Source of the DNA: Macrostomum hystrix
Taxonomy: Eukaryota; Animalia; Platyhelminthes
Reading direction: 5' to 3'
Assembly (NCBI GenBank): GCA_950097015.1
Contig: CATNEN010000039.1
Location: 13,826,001 to 13,890,000 of the forward strand
Length of the DNA stretch: 64,000 nucleotides
A program made the translations under genes and the position numbers. Under the pieces are notes generated by a model. It made no database searches, had not been told where the DNA came from, and saw only the letters and a list, made by a program, of their open reading frames with translations. Shown piece by piece: positions 1 to 14,200 of the stretch (position 1 is its first letter; each line of letters opens with the position of its first letter).

Positions 1-31
1 CAGAGAAGAAGTGAGCACAGTAGGAAGCTCA

Positions 32-493
32 CTAGTTCCCAGCCTTCCCAGTCCTCAGTCCCATTTCGTGCAGCTGCGCAAGCTGCTTATCTCGCATCAT
101 CTGGCGCATCTGCTCTCGCCTTTCGTCCATCTCGACCTGCCTGTTAGCCAGCCAGGCGGCGTGGGCGGCGTCAGCCTCGGCCAGTTCCGTGACGCCGTAG
201 TAGCCGATACGGCAGCGCCGACGCAGCTGATCGAAGCTCCAAGCCGCGGAGCCGGCGAAGGCGGCGAAGCACACCGGCCAGATCCAGTTGGCGGTGATTC
301 GCCTCTGCCAGGCTGTCAGGTGCAGCCGGTAGCCCGGCCATTCCGGCTTAGTCACCCGCCTGTAGACCCGTCTGGCCAGTAGGAACAGCGGCACGCCAGG
401 CGTCAGGGTCGAGACGGCGACTGAGGCGGCAGTGCAGCGATGGAAGGCTGACAGGCGTGGATCCTCCGGCTCAAGATTGTCCAGATTCTGCAT
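32..493 (-). CDS. Small predicted 2-TM membrane protein (153 aa), possibly TMEM141-like
   Basis: GC-rich ORF with two hydrophobic segments and a charged C-terminal tail. A splice acceptor lies just upstream of the ATG and a GTAAG donor is at ~1805. The pattern P-x-L-x-x-F-x-x-C...W...AGS...C loosely resembles TMEM141 (weak). Confidence 0.5.
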   Translation of the reverse strand: MQNLDNLEPEDPRLSAFHRCTAASVAVSTLTPGVPLFLLARRVYRRVTKPEWPGYRLHLTAWQRRITANWIWPVCFAAFAGSAAWSFDQLRRRCRIGYYGVTELAEADAAHAAWLANRQVEMDERREQMRQMMRDKQLAQLHEMGLRTGKAGN

Positions 494-552
494 GACTCCG
501 CAGTCCGATTCAATTGCTGCTGCGGGTCAAGGGAAAACGATAACTGTATCAT

Positions 553-1497
553 TGGGTCGGTGGATGGGTCAGCTGATTCTGATCTGGGTCGGTGGATGGG
601 TCAGCTGATTCTGTTCTGGGTCGGTGGATGGGTCAGCTGATTCTGATCTGGGTCAGTGGATAGGCCAGCTGATTCTGATCTGAGTCAGCGGATGGGTCAG
701 CTGATTCTAATTAGGGTCAGTGGATGGGTCACCCAATTCTGATTTGGGTCAGTGGATGGGTCAGCTGATTCTGATCTGGGTAAGTAGATGGGTCAGCTGA
801 TTCTGATCTGGGTCAGTGGATGGGTCAGCTGATTCTGATCTGGGTCAGTGGATAGGCCAGCTGATTCTGATCTGAGTCAGCGGATGGGTCAGCTGATTCT
901 AATTAGGGTCAGTGGATGGGTCAGCAGATTCTGATCTGGGTAAGTGGATGGGTCACCTAATTCTGATCTGGGTCAGTAAATCACCTAATTGTAATCTGGG
1001 TCAGCTGATTCTGATCTGGGTCAGTGGATTGGTCACCTAACTCTAATCTGGGTCAGTGGATGGGTCAGCTGATTCTGATCTGGATCAGTGGATGGGTCAG
1101 CAGATTCTGAACCGGGTCAACGGATGGGTCAGCTGATTCTAATTAGGGTCAGTGAATGGGTCACCTAATTCTGATTTGGGTCAGTGAATGGGTCAGCTGA
1201 TTCTGATCTGGGTCAGTGGATGGGTCAGCTGATTCTGATCTGGGTCAGTGAATGGGTCACCTAATTCTGATTTGGGTCAGTGAATGGGTCAGCTGATTCT
1301 GATCTGGGTCAGTGGATGGGTCAGCTGATTCTGATCTGGGTCAGTGGATGGGTCAGCTAATTCTGATTTGGGCCAGTGGATGGGTCAGCTAATTCTGATC
1401 TGGGTCAGTGGATGGGTCAGCTGATTCTGATTTGGGCCAGTGGATGGGTCAGCTGATTCTGATCTGGGTCAACGGATGGGCCAGCAGGTTCTGATCC
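553..1497. repeat. Minisatellite, ~32-bp unit GGGTCAGTGGATGGGTCAGCTGATTCTGATCT, in the 5' intron of the small TM gene
   Basis: Tandem copies read directly. Confidence 0.95.
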
Positions 1498-2241
1498 CTG
1501 ACTCTGGGTCAATAGATAAGTCAAGTATTTCTCATGCTTGTCAAGGGCTATGTTAACTTGAGTGTCCCATAATTATAATAATATGAAAATTGGCAGCAGA
1601 AAAATAAAACAGCCTTTATAAAAATGAAGCTGAACAGATGTCCACTGTGTTTGTATTTCTGTTTCATAGTTAACTGCATTTTTGCGCTGAAATCGATATG
1701 GAAATAAAATCAAACTTTTAAGAGCTTTTTTAAAGAAAAAAAAAGTTACTATCCTTAATTTTCGCGAATATAGTTTCTAAGCTGACCAAAAAATGCCATA
1801 CTTACCTCTGATGAGTAAGAAAATTTCATTTTTAATTTTAACTTACATTAGCACGATATTAAAAAGGGAACAATAAATAATAATTGCAACACAAAAATTT
1901 AAACTGCAACACCGGATACAGCGATGTGAGCTAGATTAGCACAAATGTGTTTGTTAATTTGTTAAGACCACAGGGGGGTATTTTAAATACCTGCATTTTT
2001 ATGTACTTTGTATTTTTTATGTATTATGTATTTTCGTCAAAACTCTTATTGCACGATGCGATGATATTGATTCAGTTGGTGGACTTACACGAAAATCGGT
2101 CATTCGGTTTGGGAGCCATCGCTGAAGTAGGTAGGCAGTGGGTATTTGAAACATCCCTGTGGTCATTCCCCAGGCGGGGAATAGCACGACAAATACTACT
2201 GAGTCATATAAGTAGACAGTCGCAGATTATTTTCAAATCTA

Positions 2242-5200
2242 TCAGTTTATTTTCACCATGCGTTGCAGACGCCGCAACAAGTTCTCCATGAAGCCCTGCT
2301 GATCCTCAGGCTGATCCAGCTCCTAGTGGGATTAGAAAAAAGCGATGGGGATAACTTAATAAATATAGCAATCAATTTTACTAAAATGGTAGTTAAATAA
2401 TCGAAATGGTGCACTTTTAGAAACCTTAATTTATATCTAAAGTACTTTTGATCTCCGTATTTACCGTGTTACCTTTCGCTGGCTATTTCGCTGACTCCTG
2501 AGCATACACTCACACAGGTGTGTAGCATCTGCCCCGAATTTCTCTTCGTCAGGCAGTGTACACTTTCACTGTGCCTTGGAGTTTGACACTGAGGGGCGTT
2601 AACAGCAAGACAAGCCCCTATACATATATATTAAAAGTAAATATGTACTTTTAACGAAATTAAAAGTACAAAGGTACACATGTAAGGTCTACGTAAGCAG
2701 CCAATCATCAACAAGCAGCTCACCCGAGGAGCAGACAGCATTGCGGCGAACCAATCGTCCGCGAGATTCGGAGCTGTGGCCAGTTCGCTTTCGAATCGGC
2801 CGCCTAGCAGGTACTGCCTCACGCGGGTGTCGTCCTCGAAGCCGGCAACAGGAATGCCAGCCGCAGACGATATCGAAGCCTGTCGCTGCTGCTCCGGACT
2901 GGCAGCAGCTGTCAGACGTCGAATTCCAGGCGTTGAAGTAACGGCCGATGCGTTCGCAGCGGCGGAGGCACTGCCCGGAGATAGGCGAGCCCAGCGCAGG
3001 TAGCAGTCGACGTGGGACCAGACGGCGAAGGTCAGGTGCTCCAGCGATACGGCCAGCTGGCTGGCTGAGAGGCGCCAGTCGACCAGAGCCGCAGTTAGAG
3101 GGGCTCGTAGATCTCCGCCGTGGATAGCGGCTAGGGAATGATTAGTCAGGCAGGGGCCATGCTGCTGCTGCTGCTGTTCCAGCTGCTGCTGCTGCTGAAT
3201 ATGCTGATAGAGCAGTGGCAGCCAGTCTTTGGTGAGCAGTTCTCTCTGCTCGGGGCCGAGTTCACTGAGACCATCGATTCTGTTGTTCGTTAAATAAGTA
3301 AAATTTTAATATTCTGATTTGCATCTAGTATAAAAACTGGAAATATACTTTTATTTAAAGGAAAAATGATGTACGACGCAGTGGCCACTGGCACATTATT
3401 TGACGATTCAAATTTTACCCATTCTTCTAACCACTGAGCACCCGTCAGCAAAATTTTATCTATTTTTTAATAACACAGCCGAACACAGTCGACTTTATGA
3501 CTCTAACCCAATCTGTCTACTTCTTCATGACGCAGTCTGCCCTATCTGTCTACTTCTCCATCATGCAGTCTACCCAATCTGTCTACTTCTCCGTGACGAG
3601 TCTACCCTATCTGTCTACTTCTCCATCATGCAGTCTACCCTATCTGTCTACTTCTCCATCATGCAGTCTACCCAATCTGTCTACTTCTTCATGACGCAGT
3701 CTACCTAATCTGTCTACTTCTTCATGACGCAGTCTACCCTATCTGTCTACTTCTCCATCATGCAGTCTACCCTATCTGTCTACTTCTCCATCATGCAGTC
3801 TACCCAATCTGTCTACTTCTCCATCATGCAGTCTACCCAATCTGTCTACTTCTTCATGATGCAGTCTACCCAATCTGTCTACTTCTCCATCATGCAGTCT
3901 ACCCAATCTGTCTACTTCTCCATCATGCAGTCTACCCTATCTGTCTACTTCTCCGTGACGCAGTCTACCTAATCTGTCTACTTCTCCATGACAGTCTACC
4001 CAATCTGTCTACTTCTCCATGACAGTCTACCTAATCTGTCTACTTCTCCATGACAGTCTACCTAATCTGTCTACTTCTCCATGACAGTCTACCCAATCTG
4101 TCTACTTCTCCATGACAGTCTACCTAATCTGTCTACTTCTCCATGACAGTCTACCTAATCTGTCTACTTCTCCATGACAGTCTACCCAATCTGTCTACTT
4201 CTCCATGACAGTCTACCTAATCTGTCTACTTCTCCATGACAGTCTACCCAATCTGTCTACTTCTCCATGACAGTCTACCTAATCTGTCTACTTCTCCATG
4301 ACAGTCTACCCAATCTGTCTACTAATTCCCCTTGACAGTCTCCTTGCCTATTCCAGTCTCACCTATGCGCCAGAGTTTTAGCTCCTTTGGTAGCGGATGC
4401 CGCGCTGGCCAGACAGGCCCGAGACAGCCGCACCAGGTGGCCAAGACAGGGTCTGCCGCCAGCAGACGGCTCACCAGGCGTCAGATAGGGCGGCAGAAGA
4501 GCGACCGAAGTGACACCGTCGGACGAACTAGACTTCTGCTGCGTGAGCTGATCCTCCTGCTGTTGCAGGTGCAAATCGCAGGCCAACAGTCTGGCTAACA
4601 ATCCTGTTAGTGCGGCCAAAGCGTCGGAGCGGCGCAACAGAATACGATGATCGATCGGGCAAGTCGATACCGACTCTGGCAGCTGAAGAGCCAGCGGAGC
4701 GGCATTGACTAGAGCTTCGGAAAGCCAGCGCTCAACGCGGCCTAGCAGTGGGGAGCGCTGATGAGTGACTAAGGCGGAGCAGCACTGCCTTAGAAGGCTG
4801 GCGAATAGTCCCAGCTCCTCCCATTGCTCCGGATCGTCGGGGAACCTGCAACAGATAGTAACTGCAATGGATTCAGAGATTGCCAACATTTCGCGGAGAT
4901 GTGTACAGCTGTTCAGTCCATGGACTGGAAAGTTTGCCGCGCTTAAATTAATTTTCTCGTACACAAAAGCGTTTGCCACCACATCACACCAAGGTCCCTG
5001 AGCTCGATTCCACGGCGAAACCACATTTATTTGGGGCGCAGCCGCATAGAGAAGGCTTGGGGGCTTGTCGTGCAATTGACGCCACTTGAGGGCCAGCCTC
5101 CAAGGCACAGTGAGAGTGCACACTGCCTGAAGATGAGAAAATCAGAGCAGATGTACCCAGCTGTGTGAGTACTCAGGAGAATGTGTGTGCTCAGGAGTCA

Positions 5201-8200
5201 GCGAAATGGGCTGAATAGCTTCCTTGATGGTTGCGCGTCTAAGGTCACCTAATGATGCGTAGTGCCCACAGCCCTTCTGAAAGCTATATTTTTAAATACA
5301 TGAAATCAAGTCTGGGCTAGGATTCGAACTTCCGACCGATGTCTAGGTCAGAAGCAAGAAACCAAGCAATGAATTTATTCCCCCATTCTCACCTGACAAC
5401 CAGTCCACTGCAGGCGGCAACAGCGTCCCAGTGCCGGTCGACAAACGTGAGAGCCTGCCTGGCTGCCAGCTGGTTCTTCCAGCCCAGCGATGCCATGACG
5501 GCTCCGGCGGCGCGCAGGGCGGGGAGCAGCAGCAGCCGGTAGCGAACCGCTGGCTCCGGTCCAACGCCAAGCCAGGCTGGATCGACGCCTAGATCTAACG
5601 CCGTCGCGGCGGCTGACGACATCGACGGCCGGCGGCCGAAAGCGGCGCAGTCGGCTAGGCGAGCGATGGCGCCGGAGTGGAGGAGGGCGGCGGCGCCAGC
5701 CTGGCTGGAGGCCAGTCGGCACAGCAGAGCCAACCGGGAGGCGGCCAGGAACAGCGGCGCCAGGGTGGCCGCATCCGACGAGTTGGCAGCCGGGCCGCCG
5801 ATGTCATCCATGCAGGATCCGGCCGAAGGAGTGACGGCCGCTTCTAGAGCCTCTGAGTCGGCGACTAGCGTGTCGACAAAGTGATCCAGGTAGCCGCGGC
5901 TGGCAAGGTGGGTCTGCCAGTCGGCGGAGCCAGCCGGGTCTAGGCGCATCGCCGAGTCCAGCAGCGAAGTGGCCAGAAGTCGCGTCACCGGATGCGCGTC
6001 GGCGGCGTCTCTGCAGGCCAATTCGGCGAGGTCCCGACCGCCGGCTGCCGCAGCCGCCGCAGCAGCCGCGGTGAATGCGGCCACAGCCGGCCTACCGGAT
6101 CGCAATAGGCCAGCGGCGGACAGCAGAAAGCAGGCGGCTGCGTACAGATTGCCGCGGATGCTCTGAGCCGACGAGCGATGCTGGAGAATGGCGCGGGCCA
6201 GAAGGCGGAGCAGCTGGAGCAGCTGTTGAAGCTCGCGCGAGTTCGATTCGGCGCCGATAGTCGAAGATGCTGTTCCGCCTGATAATTTGAGAATAGCAGT
6301 GTGCTAATGCCCTGTAGCGCCCTAGTGGTAAGCGCTTAGAATTTCGGACAAATAGGTCCGGAGTTCGAATCCAAGTACATCTTGCCCAACTGGGATATAA
6401 GGGAGAAATAAATCGATTTTGTATTCTCTTAGAGTTAAAAAACGGCTAATTGGTAACGCTTGCAGACTTTCTTTAGATGATTTTCGTTTGTTTCTGCCCC
6501 GTGGTCCGACAATTCCGTTCTTTTGTGAGTTTTAAAGTCCGGACGTATTGGAAAAAGCGTATAAATAACGGACTAACTGTGGATTATAATTCGAAATTTT
6601 CTTTCACTACTTGTAGTAGCGGCGTAGCCGTTGTAAAAAAATAGATTTTCCGCGGAAGGAGGAGCTCACACATGAATAAAAGCGTGTAGTTTAGTACTCA
6701 CCAACGCTAGGCGAAGCTTGCTGCTCCGAACCTGCCAACATCGTCAGTAGAGCCGTTGCGGAATCGTCGGCCATGGCGCTACCACTCATGCCATCCTGAC
6801 CGGAAGTGGCCAGTAGACTGTGCACCAGGCCCGAGGTGAGCAGAGCCACCGTGTTGCTCAGCGTCGCTGCTAAAGCGCCGCCGACTCCGTTAATGGCGAA
6901 GTCGCCGGAGCCGCCGCCGTCATTGCCGCCGCCACCGCCGCCGCCTAGAGCAGCCAGAAGGCGGCTAACGAATTCGGCTAAAAGAGTGCGGCGCTGCGAG
7001 GCGGTCGACGATGTCCAGTCGGGCGGGCAGGCGGCGAAAAGAACTTCGGTGGTCTGGCGCCAACCGTCGGCCATGGCGAGGCGTCCCTGTAATACGAATT
7101 ATGTTTTTCGGACATCAGATTACCAATCAGCAGGCAGTGAGGTGTTCATGACGTGAAAATCCAATATTTACGATTTTAACTAATTCAAAGCCGTCCTATG
7201 TGAGCATCGTCGAGATATTCAGCGATGCTTGTCGAAGACCCTGGTGACAAGGAGAAGTAACTTTTAAACGATGAAAATTTGTGAGCAGAAAAATATGCCT
7301 ATATTGGTGCCTTTTGCCATCGACACCCGACGAGAATCGTTGAATATCTCGCCGATGCCGATGTTTTGTGATTGAGGAAGTGCTTGCACCGTCACTCGCC
7401 TGTTCAGCCAAGCGCCTAGCGTTGCGCCTCTCGGCCAGTCGAAGAACCAATCGTATTTCGGCTTCCAATTCAGCTCGCTGTTGTACGCCGGCGCCGGAGG
7501 CGGCAGCCGCGGCCGCAGCGCCGGCGTAGAGCTTGGCAGCAAGAGCCTGCAGGCTGGTGACGCGGGCGCCGGCGGGCAGCTGCTCCTCGCAGGCGCGCAG
7601 CATCTCCTCGACGCTGTGCCGGTTTAGCTGGCGAAAGCGAAGCTCTGGTCGCGGCAGTCGACCAGAAGCGGCAGCGGCCATCGTCTCGTCGTCCAGATCG
7701 GCAGCAGCGGTGGCATCGTCATCCTCAGCTGAGTCAGCGGCTGCGGCATCTTCACTAGCCAGAGAATCCAGCAACGACAGCAGGGTGTCTTCGCGCTGCG
7801 GCGTCGAGAAGCTGTAGACCTGATCCATTGCGCTGCGCTCGGCTATGCCAACTGTCCAATCAGAGCCCAGCAGGGCGCGGGCCAGCTTGGCGGCGTGGCC
7901 GCGCTGATTGGCCAGAGTGGCGCAGCGAAGATCAACAGCCAGCAGGCGCAGCAGCCAGGCCTTCTGCAGGCGAGTGAGGGCTTGGCGTCGATTAGCTGGC
8001 GCTGGCTGCTGACGACGAGAAGCGGCCAGTAGGAATGTCAGCTGGCCAGCTAGAAAGTCGGAGCCACCGGAGCGCAGGTAGCGCAGAAAGCTGTTCGAGG
8101 TGTCGCCGTTGAGGGCCAGGCAGTAGGCTAGGCGATAGGCGAGGGCGAAGTCGGCATGGTCCGAGTCCGTTGCAGCGGCGGCAGCGCCCGGATCGGCGGC

Positions 8201-11200
8201 GCGACGCATCAGTGACATGAGCGCGTGCAGGCAGGTCTTCGGGAAACCATGAACTCCGGGCTCCTGAAATATGAATAGAAGCAAGGGATGATTACAGGGG
8301 GTGAGTTGCAGAGCCGTTGACGCGTTTGCCTCTCGCACCAAGGTCCCTGAGTTCGATTCCGCGTTGAGGACACAATTATTTGGGGCGCAGCCGCGCGGAG
8401 AAGGCTTGGGGACTTGTCGTGCAATTTACGCCCTTGAGGGCCAACCTCCAAGGCACAGTGAGAGTGCACACTGCCTGACGATGAGAAAGTCAGGGCAGAT
8501 TTAAACACCCCTGTGTAAGTGTGTGCTCAGGAGTCAGCGGAATGGGCAGAATTGCCTCCTCGCTGGCTGAGTCTAGTGTCACCAAATGATGTGCCATTAC
8601 CAACAGCCCTCCTGCAATTATTATTGTTATTAGCAGACATTTACAATACATATTTATATGTATTAGTTGCTATGGCAACACAACAGTTTTCCTAGACACA
8701 CCTGCAGCTGCGTCTCGCTCAGTCGACCGTCCATCCGGTAGCCAAGTAGGAAGTGGGCCAAATTAGGCGCAGACCTGTCCAGGCACTGCAGCAGCAGCAG
8801 CAGCACGCTTGTGCGGCAGGACGGAGCCGCGTCGGCGTCCAGAGCTGCGAATTCCGCATCTTGGCGCTGCGCCGTCTCCACAGCGTCCTCGCCTTCGTCG
8901 GCTAGCGCAGCGGTCGCCAGTGTCGTCACATTGGCAGCCAGCCAGGTTGTCGCCATTGCCACCCGTTCCATGGCCGAAGCCGACGCAGCGCTAGCGTCCA
9001 GCATTGCCAGGGCATCATCAGTTGACGCGTCTGCCCCGGAGGATGCGGTGGCAGCAGGCGCCGGCTGGTCGGCTTCAAGCCAGAAGGCGAATCCGCGCAG
9101 AATTCCCCGGCAGGTGTCGGCATCGTCTAGCAAAGCCCTGACCAGGCCATTGTGCGGCTGAGTCTGACCAACGGCTCGACGAAATATGCTTAGCGCTAGC
9201 CGGCCGTGATGTGGCGCAATGTCTCCTTGGCCGGCGATACGGCAGAGGCTGGCAAGGTGGTCGGGCCGTCGACTGTTGGCCAGGCTGACAGTGGCCAGCA
9301 GCTGGGCAGGTCGGACACCCAGGCCGCCGCCGCCGTATTCCCTGAATAGGGGTTCGATGACACTTGGACTTCAGCACGAGTATCTCTTTAACTAGGAGGA
9401 ACATTTGATTAAAAAATCCTAATTTATCCTGATTAAGATCCAATTAGGATTAGGATTTAAGATCCAATTAGGATTAGGATTCGCTTTATAGAAGTATATA
9501 AAAATGCTACTCAATTTACACTACTAAGAGTAGCGTTAGTAGCTTATTGCATAAAATCACGAAAAAAGTGTGCAACGGATTGCAGATTAGTGCATTAGCG
9601 CAGCAATGAATAAGACCAACCTGAGTAGGGCCAGCAGCTCTTCCTGATAGTTGATCAGTTTGTCTAGCAGTAATAGGGCGTAGAATGCGGCCCTGTGTAC
9701 AGCCGGCATGAGATCCGGCTGTTGCTGCTGACTCTGCGGCTGTGCTTGGCTCTCCATGAATCTAGACGCATCCGACAACAATTGTAGAAGCTGGCGAAGT
9801 GTCTGAGACTCTGATAATAGCAAAGATATCAAGTAGATATCTGCGGCTGTCTCTAACTGCAGCTGCTGCGACTGCTGCTGCTGCTGCTGCTGCAGCTGCT
9901 GTTGGTAAGCCGGATTGTAGCGCAAGTGGGCTCGCTGAACCACAGCCAAGTAGATCTGTAATTGGACAGGAATGTTAGCTATGGCTTTAACACCAATTCA
10001 GGCTAATAGCTCGCAATAACGTACAGTAGCACTACAAACCCATTTTGTCATTGTTTTCATACCAAGAGTCCCCCAATGAAATTTTTTGGCACCCGAATGT
10101 ATTGGGTGGTGACTGATTGGTTGACAGGTGTTCTGAGGTTGAGCTGCGCCTAATATCTAGGCTTGACCAGTGAAGTTGGAGAAATTCGAATAAGGATGTC
10201 CATAGTGGCCTAGTTCCACCTGTTGTAGCCCTTGAAGGTCCAGCAGTTCGTCTAGATAAAGGTAGGTGACCACCAAAGACGGAGATGATGCAGGCACATT
10301 CGGGTGACAGCTGATAAATTTTGAAGGCCTGGGAAGGCCACACTTAAGCGTAGTGCTAATTTTGTGTATAGGGGCGTATTATATAAAATACATTGAATTC
10401 CTCCCCATTAAAATAAATACGAACATTACCTCAAGGCAGGCGGAGGCGATGTTCCATCGTTCACTTGGCCGTCTGTAGGAGCGCATAGAGTGCTTCAAAA
10501 ACACCACTTCATTTACAAAGCGAAGAGCAGTCGAGTCTACAATACAGAGGCCGATAGATTTTCCAGAATACAATTGCTGCTGCTGCTGCTGATGCTGATG
10601 CTGTGACAGCTGCTGCAACTGTTGCATCTGTTGCTGCTGGCTAAGCAAGAGCTGCAGAAGGAGGCGCAGGGTGGCCCTAGTCAGCGGAAACTCTTCAACG
10701 CGAGCCTCCGCTTCGTCTACTTCGGCTGTCAGGCTGGCGACACCGCTGCCGGTGATACCGAAGCTGCCAGGCGGTGTCAGGCATCGAGACTGCTGCAGAG
10801 CCTGGAGAGGAATAAAGATTCTCGAACCAAGGAAAACAATACTTTTGTATGGTTCTTTTTTACCCAACCGCGAAATGGTTAAAAGGATTTCGCATCCACC
10901 TCTTACTTTACTTTTAATTTTGCATCAATTCAAAGAAGCCACACAACTCACCTGCCAGACGGTGGCAGCCAGTTGGGGTGTCTCGGCGAACACAGTCAAC
11001 GCAGACAATAGCCGGGCCTTCAGGCATAGTGGCACAGTGCAGGTGAGAAAGCCGACAAACAGGCCAATAGGCTGCCAGGCGGTGTTCTCGCAGAATTCGA
11101 AGCGCAAATCCGGTTCGTGATGAGCCACAGTGCCGATGAGGAGCAACACCTGGTAGGTGAATGAGAAGAATAACAATAATTGATTATACCCGACTCAATT

Positions 11201-14200
11201 GGGCGAGATGCACGGCTGCGTACGGCTGTTCAGTCCATGGACTGGGGGAGACGCTTATGCAGGCACCAATTAAGAGGTGGGTGAACTGAAGCAATGGTGA
11301 GTTTGTTCAAGTGTGGTCTGACCGTCAGGAATCGAACCATTGACCGTCAAATTTTGAGTCCGACGCTATAACCACTTGGCTACAAGCCAGAGTATTCTAT
11401 TCTAGTACGGCTGTTCAGTCTATGGACTGGGGGGAAGCCACAGTACTCTTAATCTACTATACTAAAAATGTTGATACCCAGGCTAAAACCCGTAGCGATG
11501 AGGAGATCATACGATGAGGAGATCATAAGCAGAGCGCTTAACGCGGTCGCCTCTCTCAAACCAAACACAGATAAGGCTCGGGAAACCATGAGAGCTAACT
11601 ACCCTGTAAAAACTTCGGCTGCTTCTTCGGCGGTTTTTTTGTGCAAAATAGGAGTGGAATCTACCAAAATCCCCCCCTATCTCGCAAGAGTTAAAGAAAC
11701 CACCAAGGAAGCAGCCGATGTAACAGTAAATTGTGCGGAAACCGCCGAAGAATCACCCGAACGAGTGGCCCATGGGACAACCAGAGAATTATTTACGGGC
11801 GATTCCTCGGCGGTTTCTGAGCATGGACTCTTCCGAACTGGAGGATTCTTTGGGTGATTCCATTTCGCCACCAAGAAGCACCGAGAAAACGCCCAGTTGG
11901 GTAGATTCTAAGCATGGAATCATCCGATTGGTATGTTTCCAGCGTTCGGCTGTTTCTTTTTCTGGAAACACCGCAGATTCCAACTGGAATCACTCAAAGA
12001 AACATCCCTATTTTTTAGCGGGTATTAGTGAGAATTTTGAGTCAAATAACACACCTGCATGAGTCCCTCCAACTCTAGAGGCGATATACCGGCGCCTCCG
12101 ACAGCCCTGCGCGCACCCAACTGCTGCTGCTGCTGCTGCAACTGTTGCAAATGCTGCCTCTGGTATTGCAACTGTAACTGAGGAGTCTGGTACAGGTGGG
12201 GATATAGAACGGTATTGCCAGAGCCCAGCTGGGAAGTAGGCAGCTCCTGTTGCAGAGTTTTCAAATACATTCGCAGACTAGCGTAGAAATGATCCCAGGA
12301 GAGCACGGAGGCCTGCCGACTCAATGAAAAGGTGCCGGCGCGCAGCATTGCGTAGCAGGCCCTGGCCTGGGTGCGGCCGCATGCTAGGCGAGCCAGCAGG
12401 CGCAGAAACGGAATGTAAAGCGACGGAGCCAAGACAACGTCGCTAGCCAGGCGAAGAAATTTCGCTAGAGCCACCTGGCGATTGCTTGGCCTAGTCTTGC
12501 TCAAATTGAAATGGTCATTGGAGATGGACTCGCCGCCAAGCCAATAGTCTAGCGTCAGGTCGCAGTCACCGGCGGCTGGATAAAGAGAAGCCAAGATGCT
12601 TAGCAGGTCTTCGAAGTCACGTCGAAGTCCACTAGGCGGTTGGACACCCTGGGCAGCGTAGTTCGAAGCGATGCGGGCCGCTTTGTCCGTGCTGTCGCGA
12701 AGGGATTTCACCTGGGCGCAGCGCAGGCGGTTAAATATGAGCTACATTAGCATCGCATTTATTCTATTATTTATTCCAATTTAAACAAAATGAGTTCTAT
12801 CTAGCTACATATCCGGCCAATTCTATTTTTAGCAACACGCGTCTTATCAAGCATCCACCTCACGCCAATTCTATTTTTGGCAACACGAGTCTTATCAAGC
12901 AACATATCCAAGCACCAAACGTACACCGATTTTATTTTTAGCACACGTTCAAATTTTTCACCTGCATGGGCATAAGACAGACGTAGTCTGTCAGCAGATA
13001 GTGCAGACAACGCAGCGACCATTCGTTGCCTCGGCACCAAGATGCGGCTCCGCCGCCGCCATCGCCAGACGGCGCTAAAAGGCTGGCCAGAGCCACAAAA
13101 GCACCATCAACAATGCCAGCCTCTGTTGAAGCTTCTCCGTCGTCGTCATCCACATCGCTAGCAGAGAGTCCGCCTTCAGCTTGAGAAAATGCTGCGGAGC
13201 CAATCAGGCCAGTCTGTTGAGCGCGCCGAATAGCGACACCCCAGGCGAAGCGAATCAAACCCTGGACCGGCTGATTCTGCCAGCGCTGACCGCGCCTCAG
13301 CGTCTGGTGCAGGGTGGCGGCGAATCCGTTGCCAGAGCCGGCAGAAGCAGGCGCCAATAGCGGATGCGATTCGTCTGGCTCTTCACCGTCCGGTCCGGAA
13401 CAGTCGAACGATGTCAACACGGCTAGAATCAGAGCCGCATGGACCCTGCGACAGGTTTAAGAAGTCACTATTATATAAGCTTGGATATTATCAAGGATTA
13501 ACTCAACTGCAGACGCACCTGTCGATGGCAGCCGACGGAGGCGGTAAGTCCCGCTGCAGAAATCTCATTACGGTGAGCAGCTCCTCAGCGCTCAATGGAG
13601 TCTGGCAAGCCCATAGAAACACACAGTCGGCTAGGCTGTGTCGAATCTGGCTACATAAGCCGGCAAATTGGCGCCGATGCCTGGCGTTGCCAAGGGCGCG
13701 CTGCTCTTCCAGTCTAGCCGTCGCCTGACGCTCTTTGGCCGCAGGCAGCAGGTCGAGAATGGCGCCTAGGAGGCCGTCGCGCCACAGGCCGGCTGTGATA
13801 TCGCTGACAGTCTTGGCAATGTCCGGACTAGATGCCACCGTGTCGAATGCCCAACGACGACCAGGGCGAGCTTCGATAAGCCAACGAAGAGTGTCAACTG
13901 AGCAGCGCTGCTGGTCGTAATAGAGTAGGACGGCCACTAGACCGCGAGTCAGGTCCGGATAGGACGGCTGCTGGCCCTCCGCTGGACGACGGGGATAGGC
14001 GAAGGGAAAGAGGGAAGAATTCATAGCAATGGATTGCTCGGCATAACGTCTCGAGTTCGAATCTCAGCAAAATGGAAACAATTCGTCTACTTGAGCAAGA
14101 AATGAATTCTAATTTCCCATGCTTCAATTTACTCAGCAGTGAAACAGGTACCCGCATTAGCTAGGGCGGGCAGTTTAGTAGTGTGGCCCCTCCCCTCATA

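Noticed and set aside
6311-6382. Functional tRNA gene
   Set aside because: A and B boxes are present but the acceptor and anticodon stems do not pair well; treated as a SINE head or pseudogene.
8455-8500. Possible hammerhead ribozyme in SINE A (CTGACGA-TGA-GAAA)
   Set aside because: Only 3 nt lie between the core boxes and no stem III/UH pairing could be built. The segment is better explained as a simple CTGAC/GTCAG hairpin.
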